Positions 1 to 8,986 of a DNA stretch of 25,217 nt are shown here, piece after piece (positions within the stretch are counted from its first letter, which is position 1; each line of letters starts with the position of its first letter). Below the pieces are notes generated by a model. The model was not told the origin of the DNA and made no database searches. It saw nothing but the letters and a program-made list of their open reading frames with translations. This stretch comes from a virus. Taxonomy: Duplodnaviria; Caudoviricetes. The position numbers and the translations under genes were made by a program. The DNA is taken from the IMG/VR virus record IMGVR_UViG_3300020374_000657, positions 1-25,217 of that record; one strand, given 5' to 3'.

Positions 1-624
1 ACTTGGCCTGTTTATTACAACTCATCTGGTCAAATACAAGCAATGAGTTTAACGGATGTAAAAGATACATTTTTACATCCTGCAATAGATTTATTACAAT
101 CAGGTTCAACAGGAACACAACAAGGTGGTACTTATCACGTTTCAACAAGTACATCTGTTTCTGGATCATCATTAGTATCATCAACAGCAATCTTTACAGA
201 TACAAGAGCAGATACAGGTGCTTATTCAGCAGGTTCAATTCCTGAAACACAAGATCAACCAACAACTATTACAAACTACTATCTACATAAAATTACTGGT
301 TCTCAAATTACATATACTGAACCATACTTTTTAGATGGTTCTAATAACATCAAAGAATTTACAACGGCTGCATTTGATTCACTATTACAAGAGTGGATGC
401 AATACACAGCAGTATCATCTGGTGATGGTTATTCTTTAAGTTACAATATAGGTTCTTCTGGTTCTGGTAATACAAGAGGTTCTGGTATGGCAGATACTAT
501 TTTAAATGGTTCTGGTAACTATCAAACAAGACAAGTAAATAATGATGACTATAGAGCACAGGAGTTTCCTAATGGTTCGGCAACAACTGCAGCTACATAC
601 TACTTACGAATACACAAATCATAA
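1..624 (+). CDS. 5'-partial phage virion structural protein (Ser/Thr/Gly-rich)
   Basis: Frame 1 is open from base 1 (TWPVYYNSSGQIQAMSL...), so the ATG at 43 is probably internal. S/T/G-rich composition and codon style match the fibre genes at 17.6-25.2 kb. Stop TAA at 622-624. Confidence 0.65.
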   Translation, partial: TWPVYYNSSGQIQAMSLTDVKDTFLHPAIDLLQSGSTGTQQGGTYHVSTSTSVSGSSLVSSTAIFTDTRADTGAYSAGSIPETQDQPTTITNYYLHKITGSQITYTEPYFLDGSNNIKEFTTAAFDSLLQEWMQYTAVSSGDGYSLSYNIGSSGSGNTRGSGMADTILNGSGNYQTRQVNNDDYRAQEFPNGSATTAATYYLRIHKS

Positions 625-641
625 TAGATAATTATTTCTAT

Positions 642-649
642 TATAAATT
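642..649 (+). promoter_or_regulatory. T4-like late promoter variant (TATAAATT)
   Basis: 7/8 match to TATAAATA, intergenic, 5 nt before ATG 655; no SD seen. Confidence 0.5.
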
Positions 650-654
650 ATATT

Positions 655-1386
655 ATGGATATATTATTAACAGGTAGTGAAGGCTTCATAGGTCAACACT
701 TAAATAAATTCTTAAACGAACAAGGTCACAAAGTAATTTGCATAGACAAAGAGTCTGGCAATGATTTACTTTCCTGCGACTTAAAATATTCTGTAGATTT
801 AGTTATACATCTTGCTGGTTTATCTGGCGTTAGAGATAGTCTAGGTAGACCAACAGAATATTGGGAACAAAATGTAATTGCAGGTCAAAGACTGTTTCAA
901 TATTTCAAAGACACAAGAATCTTATACGCAAGTTCATCAACAGCACACGAGCCATGGAAAAATCCATATGCCATGAGTAAGTATAGCCTTGAACAGATTG
1001 CACCACCTAATAGTGTAGGTATGAGATTTACAACTGTATATGGACCCAATGCTAGAGAAAGTATGTTAATACCAAGGATATTACGAAATGATGTTCCTTT
1101 CATTAACACAAATCATAGTAGGGACTTTATACATGTTGATGATTTAGTGAGAGCGATAGATAGTTTGATTAAGTCAAACGTTAAGGGTATTACAGATATA
1201 GGTTCTGGTACTACAAACAATCTTATAGAGTTAATAGAATACTTTGGTATAGATTGTGAAAGAGTTGTGGGAGAACACACCGAAAGACTAGATAACCTTG
1301 CTGATAATACCCTACTAAATAATATTGGTTGGACACCACAAGTTAATTTATATGAATACATAAAGGAGAATCGTAATGATAACTGA
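655..1386 (+). CDS. NAD-dependent epimerase/dehydratase (extended SDR, NDP-sugar modifying)
   Basis: TGSEGFIG (GxxGxxG), HLAG, ASSS, catalytic YAMSK (YxxxK), RFTTVYGP, RDFIHVDD. Confidence 0.93.
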   Translation: MDILLTGSEGFIGQHLNKFLNEQGHKVICIDKESGNDLLSCDLKYSVDLVIHLAGLSGVRDSLGRPTEYWEQNVIAGQRLFQYFKDTRILYASSSTAHEPWKNPYAMSKYSLEQIAPPNSVGMRFTTVYGPNARESMLIPRILRNDVPFINTNHSRDFIHVDDLVRAIDSLIKSNVKGITDIGSGTTNNLIELIEYFGIDCERVVGEHTERLDNLADNTLLNNIGWTPQVNLYEYIKENRNDN

Positions 1387-1873
1387 AGAATATCTAAAAG
1401 ATCATTTTGTCAATGCATACTTCATTGACCAAGAAAGAAAAAACATAGAAGTATTAACAACTAACGAAGATAAGAGTAAAGTATTTACCACAATTATACC
1501 TTACGAAGAAGGTCATCATCAATGGGTAGCACTTCAAACTAAAATGAATATTGATCAATTGCATGAGGCAACTTATCAAAGAAACAAACTTGAACAAGAG
1601 CAGTTTGAAAAATCTGTTATGAGAATTGCTGAAAAAGAAGGTCTTATATTTGAGTTTGAAAACAAAAAACTTGATACTAAATTTTATCCTAAAATCTTAA
1701 CTGCATTATTTGAAGACAATGATAATGTTGATCAAATCTTTGCATTGAAATTAGCATGTTTTGAAACTAAAGAGATTAATGACTCATCTAACAATGAGGG
1801 TAAGAAAAAGTTAAGACAGGCAAAAACTAAAATACAAGTATTAAAGGCTGCAATTGACATCATTGAGGGTTAA
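1376..1873 (+). CDS. hypothetical phage protein
   Basis: 165 aa ORF, SD AAGGAG at 1363-1368, overlaps the previous stop; no motif recognised. Confidence 0.75.
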   Translation: MITEEYLKDHFVNAYFIDQERKNIEVLTTNEDKSKVFTTIIPYEEGHHQWVALQTKMNIDQLHEATYQRNKLEQEQFEKSVMRIAEKEGLIFEFENKKLDTKFYPKILTALFEDNDNVDQIFALKLACFETKEINDSSNNEGKKKLRQAKTKIQVLKAAIDIIEG

Positions 1874-2587
1874 ATGCAAATATTTGAGGCTTTTAATTTT
1901 CGTCATCAAACAAGATTTTTTGACCATGAGAAAATTCCCTCTAAAGAGTTTATTGAAAATATCTTATATAAAACACATGAGCTTGTTCCATCAAAACAAA
2001 ATCTCATGCCTTATGCTGTTAAGATATTAGGTCCCGAACATACAGAAATCAAAATGGATATGTATGAATTGGCTTCTGAGGTTGAATATCCTGATCTTAA
2101 TTTAAGAAATAAATACCGATTAGATAAGATTAAGAGTTATGAGCATAATAATATTCCTTATAATAATCGTTTCGCTAAAGGCAACTCTCAACTTTTTGCA
2201 CCTTATATTTTATTGTTAATACCTAGAAAACCTGTAGAAAATACAAAACTTGCTAAAACATATAAAAAACGTGGTTTAGCTTATGCTGATGGTATTAGAT
2301 TAAAAAAAAATCTTTCTAATGTAGAAATTGGTATGTTTAGTGTTATATTAAGTTATGTTGCTATTGAAGAAGGCTTAAGTACAAGTTATACTTCATGTCT
2401 TAATTCAAGCAAATTAATTGAAAAATATGAATGGTTAAAAAAAGAATTAAATCCACCTACTCTTGCTTTAAGTTTAGGATACAAAAGATCAAATGTGAAT
2501 AGTGATAATCACCTAAAACGTATAAATCGTAATCTAATATCAGGTTTAAAAAAACCAGAGAAAAAACAAACTTTTGAGTGGATATGA
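1874..2587 (+). CDS. nitroreductase-fold (FMN-binding) protein
   Basis: N-terminal FRHQTRFF (R-x-S/T-x-R-like), PSKQNLMPY (PS..N.QP-like), AIEEGLSTSY and ALSLGY motifs typical of the nitroreductase family. Confidence 0.75.
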   Translation: MQIFEAFNFRHQTRFFDHEKIPSKEFIENILYKTHELVPSKQNLMPYAVKILGPEHTEIKMDMYELASEVEYPDLNLRNKYRLDKIKSYEHNNIPYNNRFAKGNSQLFAPYILLLIPRKPVENTKLAKTYKKRGLAYADGIRLKKNLSNVEIGMFSVILSYVAIEEGLSTSYTSCLNSSKLIEKYEWLKKELNPPTLALSLGYKRSNVNSDNHLKRINRNLISGLKKPEKKQTFEWI

Positions 2588-3162
2588 AAACACTAATATT
2601 ATTAATTGATTTTTATGGTCATCCTGCTTTGACTACAGATAGATATAATGATAATATAAGATATTCAGCATTAACTGAAATAATATCGTCAAGTTTTATT
2701 GATAAGACAAATTGTGCAATTTTTTCAACATCAATACCTCAAAATGATGAAAGATTATTAGAGCTTAAAAAGATGGCAACATTAAAAGGTTTTCCGTTTG
2801 TGACACCTATTCCTGGAACTAATAGTGTTCCTTGGGATGAAATATATTCTATAGATTACATAAAATCAAAACTTAAAGATTTTATTAATATTGATAAAAC
2901 AGATACACAAATAATTGTAACAGGCACAAATACTTCAGGTTGCGTATATAAAAGTAAATCTATTGGTGCATATCATTGGTCAAAAGCAGGTTTTAAAACT
3001 AAAATATATTTACCTATGACTATTGAATATGAACAAAAAGGTATCAATGACCTTGAAAGAAATATAAATGGTTTTGCAACACTATATAATGAAATCAAAA
3101 AAGATAAATGTTTTGATATAGATATTGTTAAAAACTTTAACGATTTAAAATTACCTGTCTAA
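2584..3162 (+). CDS. isochorismatase/cysteine-hydrolase-like protein (divergent)
   Basis: LILLIDF at the N-terminus and IIVTGTNTSGCV resemble the LxxID and GxxTxxCV motifs of cysteine hydrolases. ATG 2584 overlaps the upstream TGA (ATGA), preferred over GTG 2578. Confidence 0.5.
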   Translation: MKTLILLIDFYGHPALTTDRYNDNIRYSALTEIISSSFIDKTNCAIFSTSIPQNDERLLELKKMATLKGFPFVTPIPGTNSVPWDEIYSIDYIKSKLKDFINIDKTDTQIIVTGTNTSGCVYKSKSIGAYHWSKAGFKTKIYLPMTIEYEQKGINDLERNINGFATLYNEIKKDKCFDIDIVKNFNDLKLPV

Positions 3163-3720
3163 AAAGTATTCAGAATACCAACCAGTCCAACCCTTTTCTT
3201 GTAGATGGTGCATTTGACCTAAAGTACATACGCTAAATTGAGGTGGTTGTTTATATAGATAATCTTTAATTGAAGGACAAACTTTATCATAAGTTTTATA
3301 ATCAATAAATTTATAATACCATTCATCACTACCTTTTGTAAATCTTTTTATAAAGGCTTCATCTGTTGTTTTAAATCTATCCCATATATGAGATACATCA
3401 CCAGTCCATGATACTATAGATGAGTTTAAAGGTGTATGAGCAGGTTCTCTCCACCATGTATCATCCAATAGTGTAAAATCTTTTCTTATAAGATCAGGTA
3501 ATTTATCATAGATAACTAAATCTAAATCAAAGTATAGATTTTCGCCATCTCTAAATCTATCATACATTTGAAACTTGTTAAACCAATTGCCATATAGATC
3601 ATCTTCTATAACTTCAAAACTATCGTATTTTAGACCAGAGTATTCGTCTATCATATGTTTTAAGTTATCAACATGCCATTGACTAAACTTATCACCAAAT
3701 CTACAACAAATTATTCTCAT
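3151..3720 (-). CDS. GT-A fold glycosyltransferase-like protein
   Basis: WFNKFQM, LYFDLDLVI (DxD), LNSSIV, SDEW motifs typical of small GT8-like phage proteins. Confidence 0.7.
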   Translation of the reverse strand: MRIICCRFGDKFSQWHVDNLKHMIDEYSGLKYDSFEVIEDDLYGNWFNKFQMYDRFRDGENLYFDLDLVIYDKLPDLIRKDFTLLDDTWWREPAHTPLNSSIVSWTGDVSHIWDRFKTTDEAFIKRFTKGSDEWYYKFIDYKTYDKVCPSIKDYLYKQPPQFSVCTLGQMHHLQEKGWTGWYSEYFLDR

Positions 3721-4565
3721 TTAATTTCGTATATATTAATTTCACGTGGAAGATGTGACATGGTATAAAAAACAGCTTTGTCTGGTAACTCATGTACATT
3801 ACCATAAGGGTCAGTTGCTTTATCTGATTTAGATATATCAACTATAGAACATTGTCTATATTTCCGACCTCTTACATCTCGTTCTTCGCCTCTATCTTTT
3901 AAGGAAAGATTATGCCCATTAGCTGCACCTATTACTAGTTCGTTATCATCTGATTCATTTCTAGGTCTTCCTTCTTGCGAATAACCTATACCTACACCGT
4001 ATAACATCTTTTTCTTTTTATGTATGTGTATATCTTCATATAGACCCATTCTGCGTTCCCAATTAAAATCACAATCAGGTCCTTGACTATTATTCTTATT
4101 ACAACCAGTTGCATAACCTAATTCAACAGCTGCTCTCATAACTAATCCTAACGCAGTACCTACTGCAACTAATCCATTTTCCCATCTAGCTGGATGATCT
4201 GTTGGAGTAACAGAACCCTCATTTAAATAATTTCTACTTGTTGGTGGGTGTTTCATAACAAATAACATAAACATATTAGCGTTCATTTGAGGATTACGCC
4301 ACGTTGCAGGTGGTTTACCTGAATGAGTATATCCCCACGACCACTTATAAAGTTCTTCTATTACTTTTCTATCTGTTGAATAATGAATATCATAATATGC
4401 TTCATGTTGTTTTGATGGTGCATTTTGAGCTATCCACAAAAGATAATCAACATGCTCTTTAGGCATAGTTTTTGAGTAGTCCCAATTTCTTTGACACTTT
4501 TGAATTTTTTTTATATATTCTTTTTCTTGTTCTATATTAGCTATTGTTTGGATAGGAGCCGTCAT
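3717..4565 (-). CDS. nitroreductase-fold protein with C-terminal extension
   Basis: CQRNWD, APSKQHEAYY, AAVELGYATGC, GVGIGY. Confidence 0.75.
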   Translation of the reverse strand: MTAPIQTIANIEQEKEYIKKIQKCQRNWDYSKTMPKEHVDYLLWIAQNAPSKQHEAYYDIHYSTDRKVIEELYKWSWGYTHSGKPPATWRNPQMNANMFMLFVMKHPPTSRNYLNEGSVTPTDHPARWENGLVAVGTALGLVMRAAVELGYATGCNKNNSQGPDCDFNWERRMGLYEDIHIHKKKKMLYGVGIGYSQEGRPRNESDDNELVIGAANGHNLSLKDRGEERDVRGRKYRQCSIVDISKSDKATDPYGNVHELPDKAVFYTMSHLPREINIYEIK

Positions 4566-5961
4566 AATATTCCTTCAGTTCTGGGAATGTATCAAATAAA
4601 TGTGATTCCCATTTTGTTCCTTCATATGCTTTATCCTGTTGTAACATATAATTTAATGTATCCTGAAAATCATTGTCTGGTTCTTCAGGCATTCGTAGTG
4701 CAGCTTGAATATCAGGCCAACCCTCATACTTTGGTATAAGTTGATCTTTTAATTTTTTAGGTAAGTTATTTACTCTTAATGATTTAGGTCTTTCAATCAT
4801 CAACCAACCAGCACTTCTTATACCAGGATTCTTAGCACAATATTTAATTACTTCATCAAAACGTAATACACTAAAACAAGTAACAACAGAATTTACATCA
4901 ACATATGCTTTACCTTTGTACTTGTCAGCATTTAATAAATCAATATTTTCTTCTATTTCTTTCCAGTTTGATCTTCTTCTTAAATACTCAGCGTTTTCAT
5001 TAATACCATCAATAGAGGCAGTAAATGAAACTTGTTTAAACTGTGGTATAAAGTCAATAAATTTATGTTTGCCTTCGCCTAGTTTTGTAAGATTAGTTTG
5101 AAACTTAACTGTTATATAAGGTGCGTGACCTGTCTTAACTATTTCAGTTAAAAAATCAAAATACTTTTTCATTATGAGTGGCTCACCACCTATAATTTTT
5201 ATACTATTAAGATAAGGTGCAAGTTCTTTTATTTGATCTACAACTGATTTTCTATCTATCTTGTTTAGATTATCTTCAACAAGTTTAATTTTACGTTTAG
5301 TATTTTTCATTGTGCCAAACATTTTTTCACTATAAACACCATGTTTATCCATCATATCAATACGCATAGATGAGCTATCATGGTTACACATATGACAATC
5401 TAAATTACATTCAATACCAAAAGACTTCAATTGTATTTGCATTATTCTTTCGTCAAATGTCCATTGACCTGACTGCTCATACATTCTAACGTTTCTTTCG
5501 ATTCTATCCCAACGTTCTTTACTATTTGACTCTCGCCACATGTGGTGTGTTCTACGAGATTTACCATATCTTGTTTCATCTTTAACACATCTTATACAAT
5601 GTTCATTAATTGCTTTAGTACCATGTTTTGCAGGATCTAACATTTCTTTTCTTAAATTTTTTAGATAATCACTATCTTCCATCCATGTTTTTATAGGTGT
5701 ATTGTTTATAGTATGTTTATCACTTTTACCTGCAAGACAACATGCCTTATAAGAACCATCTAGTTCTATAAACATTTCAGCAAAAGGATGAACACAGAAC
5801 CAACTTCTTTTATCTTTTGCTCTATTCATAATAGAGTTTTTGTCTTGTTTTCTTTCTTTACCAGTTTCAGATAAACTTTTAAACCAGTCTGAAGTATCTA
5901 CATTGCCAGGCATACTGTTTGTAACAGCTGCCATTTTTTTATCTTTAAATATCTTTTCCAT
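4537..5961 (-). CDS. radical SAM protein with N-terminal twitch/SPASM-like Cys domain
   Basis: CNLDCHMC (CxxxCxxC), IIGGEP, QTN, ASIDG. The N-terminal CVHPF...DGSYKACC...CIRC set is an auxiliary-cluster motif. Confidence 0.9.
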   Translation of the reverse strand: MEKIFKDKKMAAVTNSMPGNVDTSDWFKSLSETGKERKQDKNSIMNRAKDKRSWFCVHPFAEMFIELDGSYKACCLAGKSDKHTINNTPIKTWMEDSDYLKNLRKEMLDPAKHGTKAINEHCIRCVKDETRYGKSRRTHHMWRESNSKERWDRIERNVRMYEQSGQWTFDERIMQIQLKSFGIECNLDCHMCNHDSSSMRIDMMDKHGVYSEKMFGTMKNTKRKIKLVEDNLNKIDRKSVVDQIKELAPYLNSIKIIGGEPLIMKKYFDFLTEIVKTGHAPYITVKFQTNLTKLGEGKHKFIDFIPQFKQVSFTASIDGINENAEYLRRRSNWKEIEENIDLLNADKYKGKAYVDVNSVVTCFSVLRFDEVIKYCAKNPGIRSAGWLMIERPKSLRVNNLPKKLKDQLIPKYEGWPDIQAALRMPEEPDNDFQDTLNYMLQQDKAYEGTKWESHLFDTFPELKEYYDGSYPNNS

Positions 5962-6676
5962 TTCTTGGTCCCAAATAGTGTATTATTTTTATATTTTCGT
6001 GTGAGTCACCTAGTATCATATAATCTGTATTAAACTTTTTAGCATACATTTTATTTAGTTCTACGTTTTGTCTATCTTCATTTGTATATTTTACAACCCA
6101 CTCACCTGGCAGATACTTAATATTTGCTTTATGTTCATCTAGTTTCCAATAGACATAGTTTTGTTCGCCGTAATATTTGTAATGAACATCACCTTTATTA
6201 TAGTAGTGTAATTGCCAGTATTCTGGATTTAATGAGAAGTCGTCCCATATATAATTAAAACTACCTGACTTAAACTTATAAAAACCACCATTAATAGGTA
6301 TTATAACTCTATCAGCAAATTTATTTGTTTTAACATTCCACCAACTATCATATGTAAGTAACTCTCCTTCTTCTACAGAATAGTTTAATATCTCATCAAC
6401 ATTACCTACAATCTGTTGATCAATATCCATAATAATTATATCATCACCAGGATTTTGATATGCAAATTGATTACTAAAAAACTTTAATTTATGCCAATGT
6501 TTTTTAATGTTACTATGATAGTTATAAGGTAAAACAACATCAGCATCCACACCTCTATCTGCAAGACAAATAAATTCAAAAGGTACAGTACTATTTTCTT
6601 TTAGCGATCTGTATAATTTTGAAACTGCATTAGGGTGATATAGACCCTCAAAATATACCGTACATATTTTAAGCAT
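5945..6676 (-). CDS. GT-A fold glycosyltransferase-like protein
   Basis: WHKLKFF, IMDIDQQI (DxD), INGGFY, GEQNYV, IIHYLG. Start reassigned to ATG 6676 (MLKICTVYF), which overlaps the upstream stop; the track start at 6748 lies inside the neighbouring gene. Confidence 0.72.
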   Translation of the reverse strand: MLKICTVYFEGLYHPNAVSKLYRSLKENSTVPFEFICLADRGVDADVVLPYNYHSNIKKHWHKLKFFSNQFAYQNPGDDIIIMDIDQQIVGNVDEILNYSVEEGELLTYDSWWNVKTNKFADRVIIPINGGFYKFKSGSFNYIWDDFSLNPEYWQLHYYNKGDVHYKYYGEQNYVYWKLDEHKANIKYLPGEWVVKYTNEDRQNVELNKMYAKKFNTDYMILGDSHENIKIIHYLGPRNGKDI

Positions 6677-7538
6677 TATTATATGCTCTCCAAACAACAT
6701 CAAATTTTTTATTGATAGCATGACATAGCACAACTGATTTAGGTACAAAACCTTGATCAGAAAAGAAGTAATGCCATTTTTGATTTAACCATTGTATTGG
6801 TACATCATTTTCTGCTATCTTAACTGCAAACAATGTTTCATTATCCCAACCAAAAAAGTCTGTAATCTTTTTAGGATATATATCATGGCCTTTAGTTAGT
6901 CTGCTCATTTCTGTCATATCAGAATCAAAGTTATCAAAATATTTTAGTTTCTGTATATGTTCTTTACTTGCACCAATAATACCTGTATTTACTACATGAT
7001 GTTTAGGATTTAAACCTCTATCTAATAACATTGCTTGAGCATTATAATACTTTGCTGTCGGACTACGAATAGTTTGTGATCTTTCAGTTACATCATCCAT
7101 AGGAATAACTTTATGTGTATTGTGTTGTATCCCAATACCTTTTGATAAATCCCATGCCTCAAAGAAGTTTTCAGCATGCATAGGTACTACATCAAAATCT
7201 AAATAAAGCACTTCATCATATTGTTTAGCAAGTTCGCAAAATAAATGTATCTTATAAAAATTTACTACATTATATGCTGTAATATATGGATACTTTCTTT
7301 GCATATTTTCTTTGTATAAGATAAAATCTACATCATACTCAAACATTTTAAAATCTACGCCCAATTGTTTTGCATACCATTTTTTACAAGCTACTAACTT
7401 TGTATAGTTTTCTTTAAAGGCGTCCTTTGTGACATAATTTATAGGTACAGATTTATTTGGTATCAATATATTCTTATCAAATATATCAAGTTCATCTTTT
7501 GGTATATCAATGTAAAAACTATATATTACTCTTTTCAT
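6669..7538 (-). CDS. GT-A fold glycosyltransferase-like protein
   Basis: FYKIHL, VLYLDFDVVP (DxD), VNTGII, DNETLF, CHAINK. Confidence 0.72.
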   Translation of the reverse strand: MKRVIYSFYIDIPKDELDIFDKNILIPNKSVPINYVTKDAFKENYTKLVACKKWYAKQLGVDFKMFEYDVDFILYKENMQRKYPYITAYNVVNFYKIHLFCELAKQYDEVLYLDFDVVPMHAENFFEAWDLSKGIGIQHNTHKVIPMDDVTERSQTIRSPTAKYYNAQAMLLDRGLNPKHHVVNTGIIGASKEHIQKLKYFDNFDSDMTEMSRLTKGHDIYPKKITDFFGWDNETLFAVKIAENDVPIQWLNQKWHYFFSDQGFVPKSVVLCHAINKKFDVVWRAYNNA

Positions 7539-8124
7539 ATTTACCTACTATCAAGTATCTACTTCCTCTTTCATCTGTAACTTCATTTTCGCTTAAAACT
7601 TTTGCTGTATCAGGTAGTTGTTTCTTAAATTCCTCTATATTATTTACACAATTAACATGACCTTTTATATCAAACATATTATTTGAGGTGTAAGCAAAAT
7701 AAGCGTTTGTATTTAAATTTAATTCTTTCATTGGTCGCATATGCTCACAAGAAGTATTAATAATTAAATCGCACCACTTTATTCTTTTAGCAGTAGGTGC
7801 CCAATTAAATACATCATCAATAACATAATCTAAATTTACATTTTTGTAATGACTAAACAATCTATTTTTTGATATTCTCATAACTACATCATCTGTATCA
7901 ATCAATGTAATTCTTCTAGCTTCTTTAAACATTGGTATCAATATACTACCATACCAACAACCAAAGATAACTATATCAGATTTAGAATTAATATCAACAT
8001 GATTGTGTATCATATCTTCTAATTTTTGTTTAGTCTTAAACTGATTAGGACTATACGAGTCTAACAAATCGGTATTGTGTCTGCCTTCTTTGATTATGTT
8101 TTTAAAGAGTTGTAGATCAATCAT
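7519..8124 (-). CDS. class I SAM-dependent methyltransferase-like protein
   Basis: IVIFGCWYG (motif I-like), ITLIDTD (motif II acidic), DDVF, DLIINTSCEH. Confidence 0.65.
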   Translation of the reverse strand: MIDLQLFKNIIKEGRHNTDLLDSYSPNQFKTKQKLEDMIHNHVDINSKSDIVIFGCWYGSILIPMFKEARRITLIDTDDVVMRISKNRLFSHYKNVNLDYVIDDVFNWAPTAKRIKWCDLIINTSCEHMRPMKELNLNTNAYFAYTSNNMFDIKGHVNCVNNIEEFKKQLPDTAKVLSENEVTDERGSRYLIVGKYEKSNI

Positions 8125-8969
8125 TATAACTTATATTCAGGAACCGTTTCTGTATTATTAAAGTCATAGTATCCATATGCCCAATATTTTTCTCTACAAG
8201 GCCAACATCTTTTACAAGGTTCTGCACCAGGTTTTGTATAAGACAAATTAAAATCTCTAGTCATATTTTTATACACAAAGATTTCTGTTTCGCAAGTTTC
8301 AGTTACAGGAAATAAAGTTTTGTCTAAACCAAGTTCTTTTACTAAACCTGCAACTTCTTTTTTATTCATATTACGAAATGGTCTTATTTCATATTTGTGA
8401 GTATCATAATAAAAAAGTTTTCCGTCAATCATTTTCTTTTCTCTTTTTGATACTAGATTCCTTTTGAAGTTTCTATCATTAGGAAAACCACTAAAGCTAT
8501 CTGTAATTATATTAGGCTGTTCTTCTATAGGTGGGTTTAGAGTTTCACCAGACATATATACGTTTAGTTCAGGATATTTTTTAAATATATCTTCGTACCA
8601 TTGTTGTTGAAATACATCTTTAGGATTATATTTTTTTCCTGTCTTTTCAAATTCTTCTATCATCTCTTTAGTTTTTTTCCAATTAGATGTATCAAAAAAT
8701 GCTACTTCAGCTTCTAACAATGTGCTATCAGGTAATAGTTCTCTTAATTTACTTTCAACATTTAATACTGCGTCCATAGCTGCAGGTCTTAACTTATTAA
8801 ACATTGTAACAGGTAATAATTTCTTATTAGGGTATTTACTCATCATAAGATAGGTCATAAATGCAGAGTCAATACCTCCACTTATTCTCATACCTATCAA
8901 TTCTTGTTTTTGTATAATCTCATCCATTTCAGGAGTGATTACTTGATTTATTACTTTTTCTATATTCAT
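8124..8969 (-). CDS. PP-loop (adenine nucleotide alpha-hydrolase) ATPase, QueC-like, with C-terminal Cys cluster
   Basis: ISGGIDSA PP-loop, RPFRNMNKKEV, TETCE...PCKRCWPC Zn-type motif; SD GGAGG upstream. Confidence 0.75.
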   Translation of the reverse strand: MNIEKVINQVITPEMDEIIQKQELIGMRISGGIDSAFMTYLMMSKYPNKKLLPVTMFNKLRPAAMDAVLNVESKLRELLPDSTLLEAEVAFFDTSNWKKTKEMIEEFEKTGKKYNPKDVFQQQWYEDIFKKYPELNVYMSGETLNPPIEEQPNIITDSFSGFPNDRNFKRNLVSKREKKMIDGKLFYYDTHKYEIRPFRNMNKKEVAGLVKELGLDKTLFPVTETCETEIFVYKNMTRDFNLSYTKPGAEPCKRCWPCREKYWAYGYYDFNNTETVPEYKL

Positions 8970-8986
8970 TTTAAATTTCCTCCATT

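Noticed and set aside
3-245. 80-aa ORF in frame 3
   Set aside because: Overlaps the better-supported frame-1 structural gene; TTG start and implausible composition.
2302-2310. A9 homopolymer as a phase-variation tract
   Set aside because: Expected in AT-rich Lys codons; the ORF is intact.
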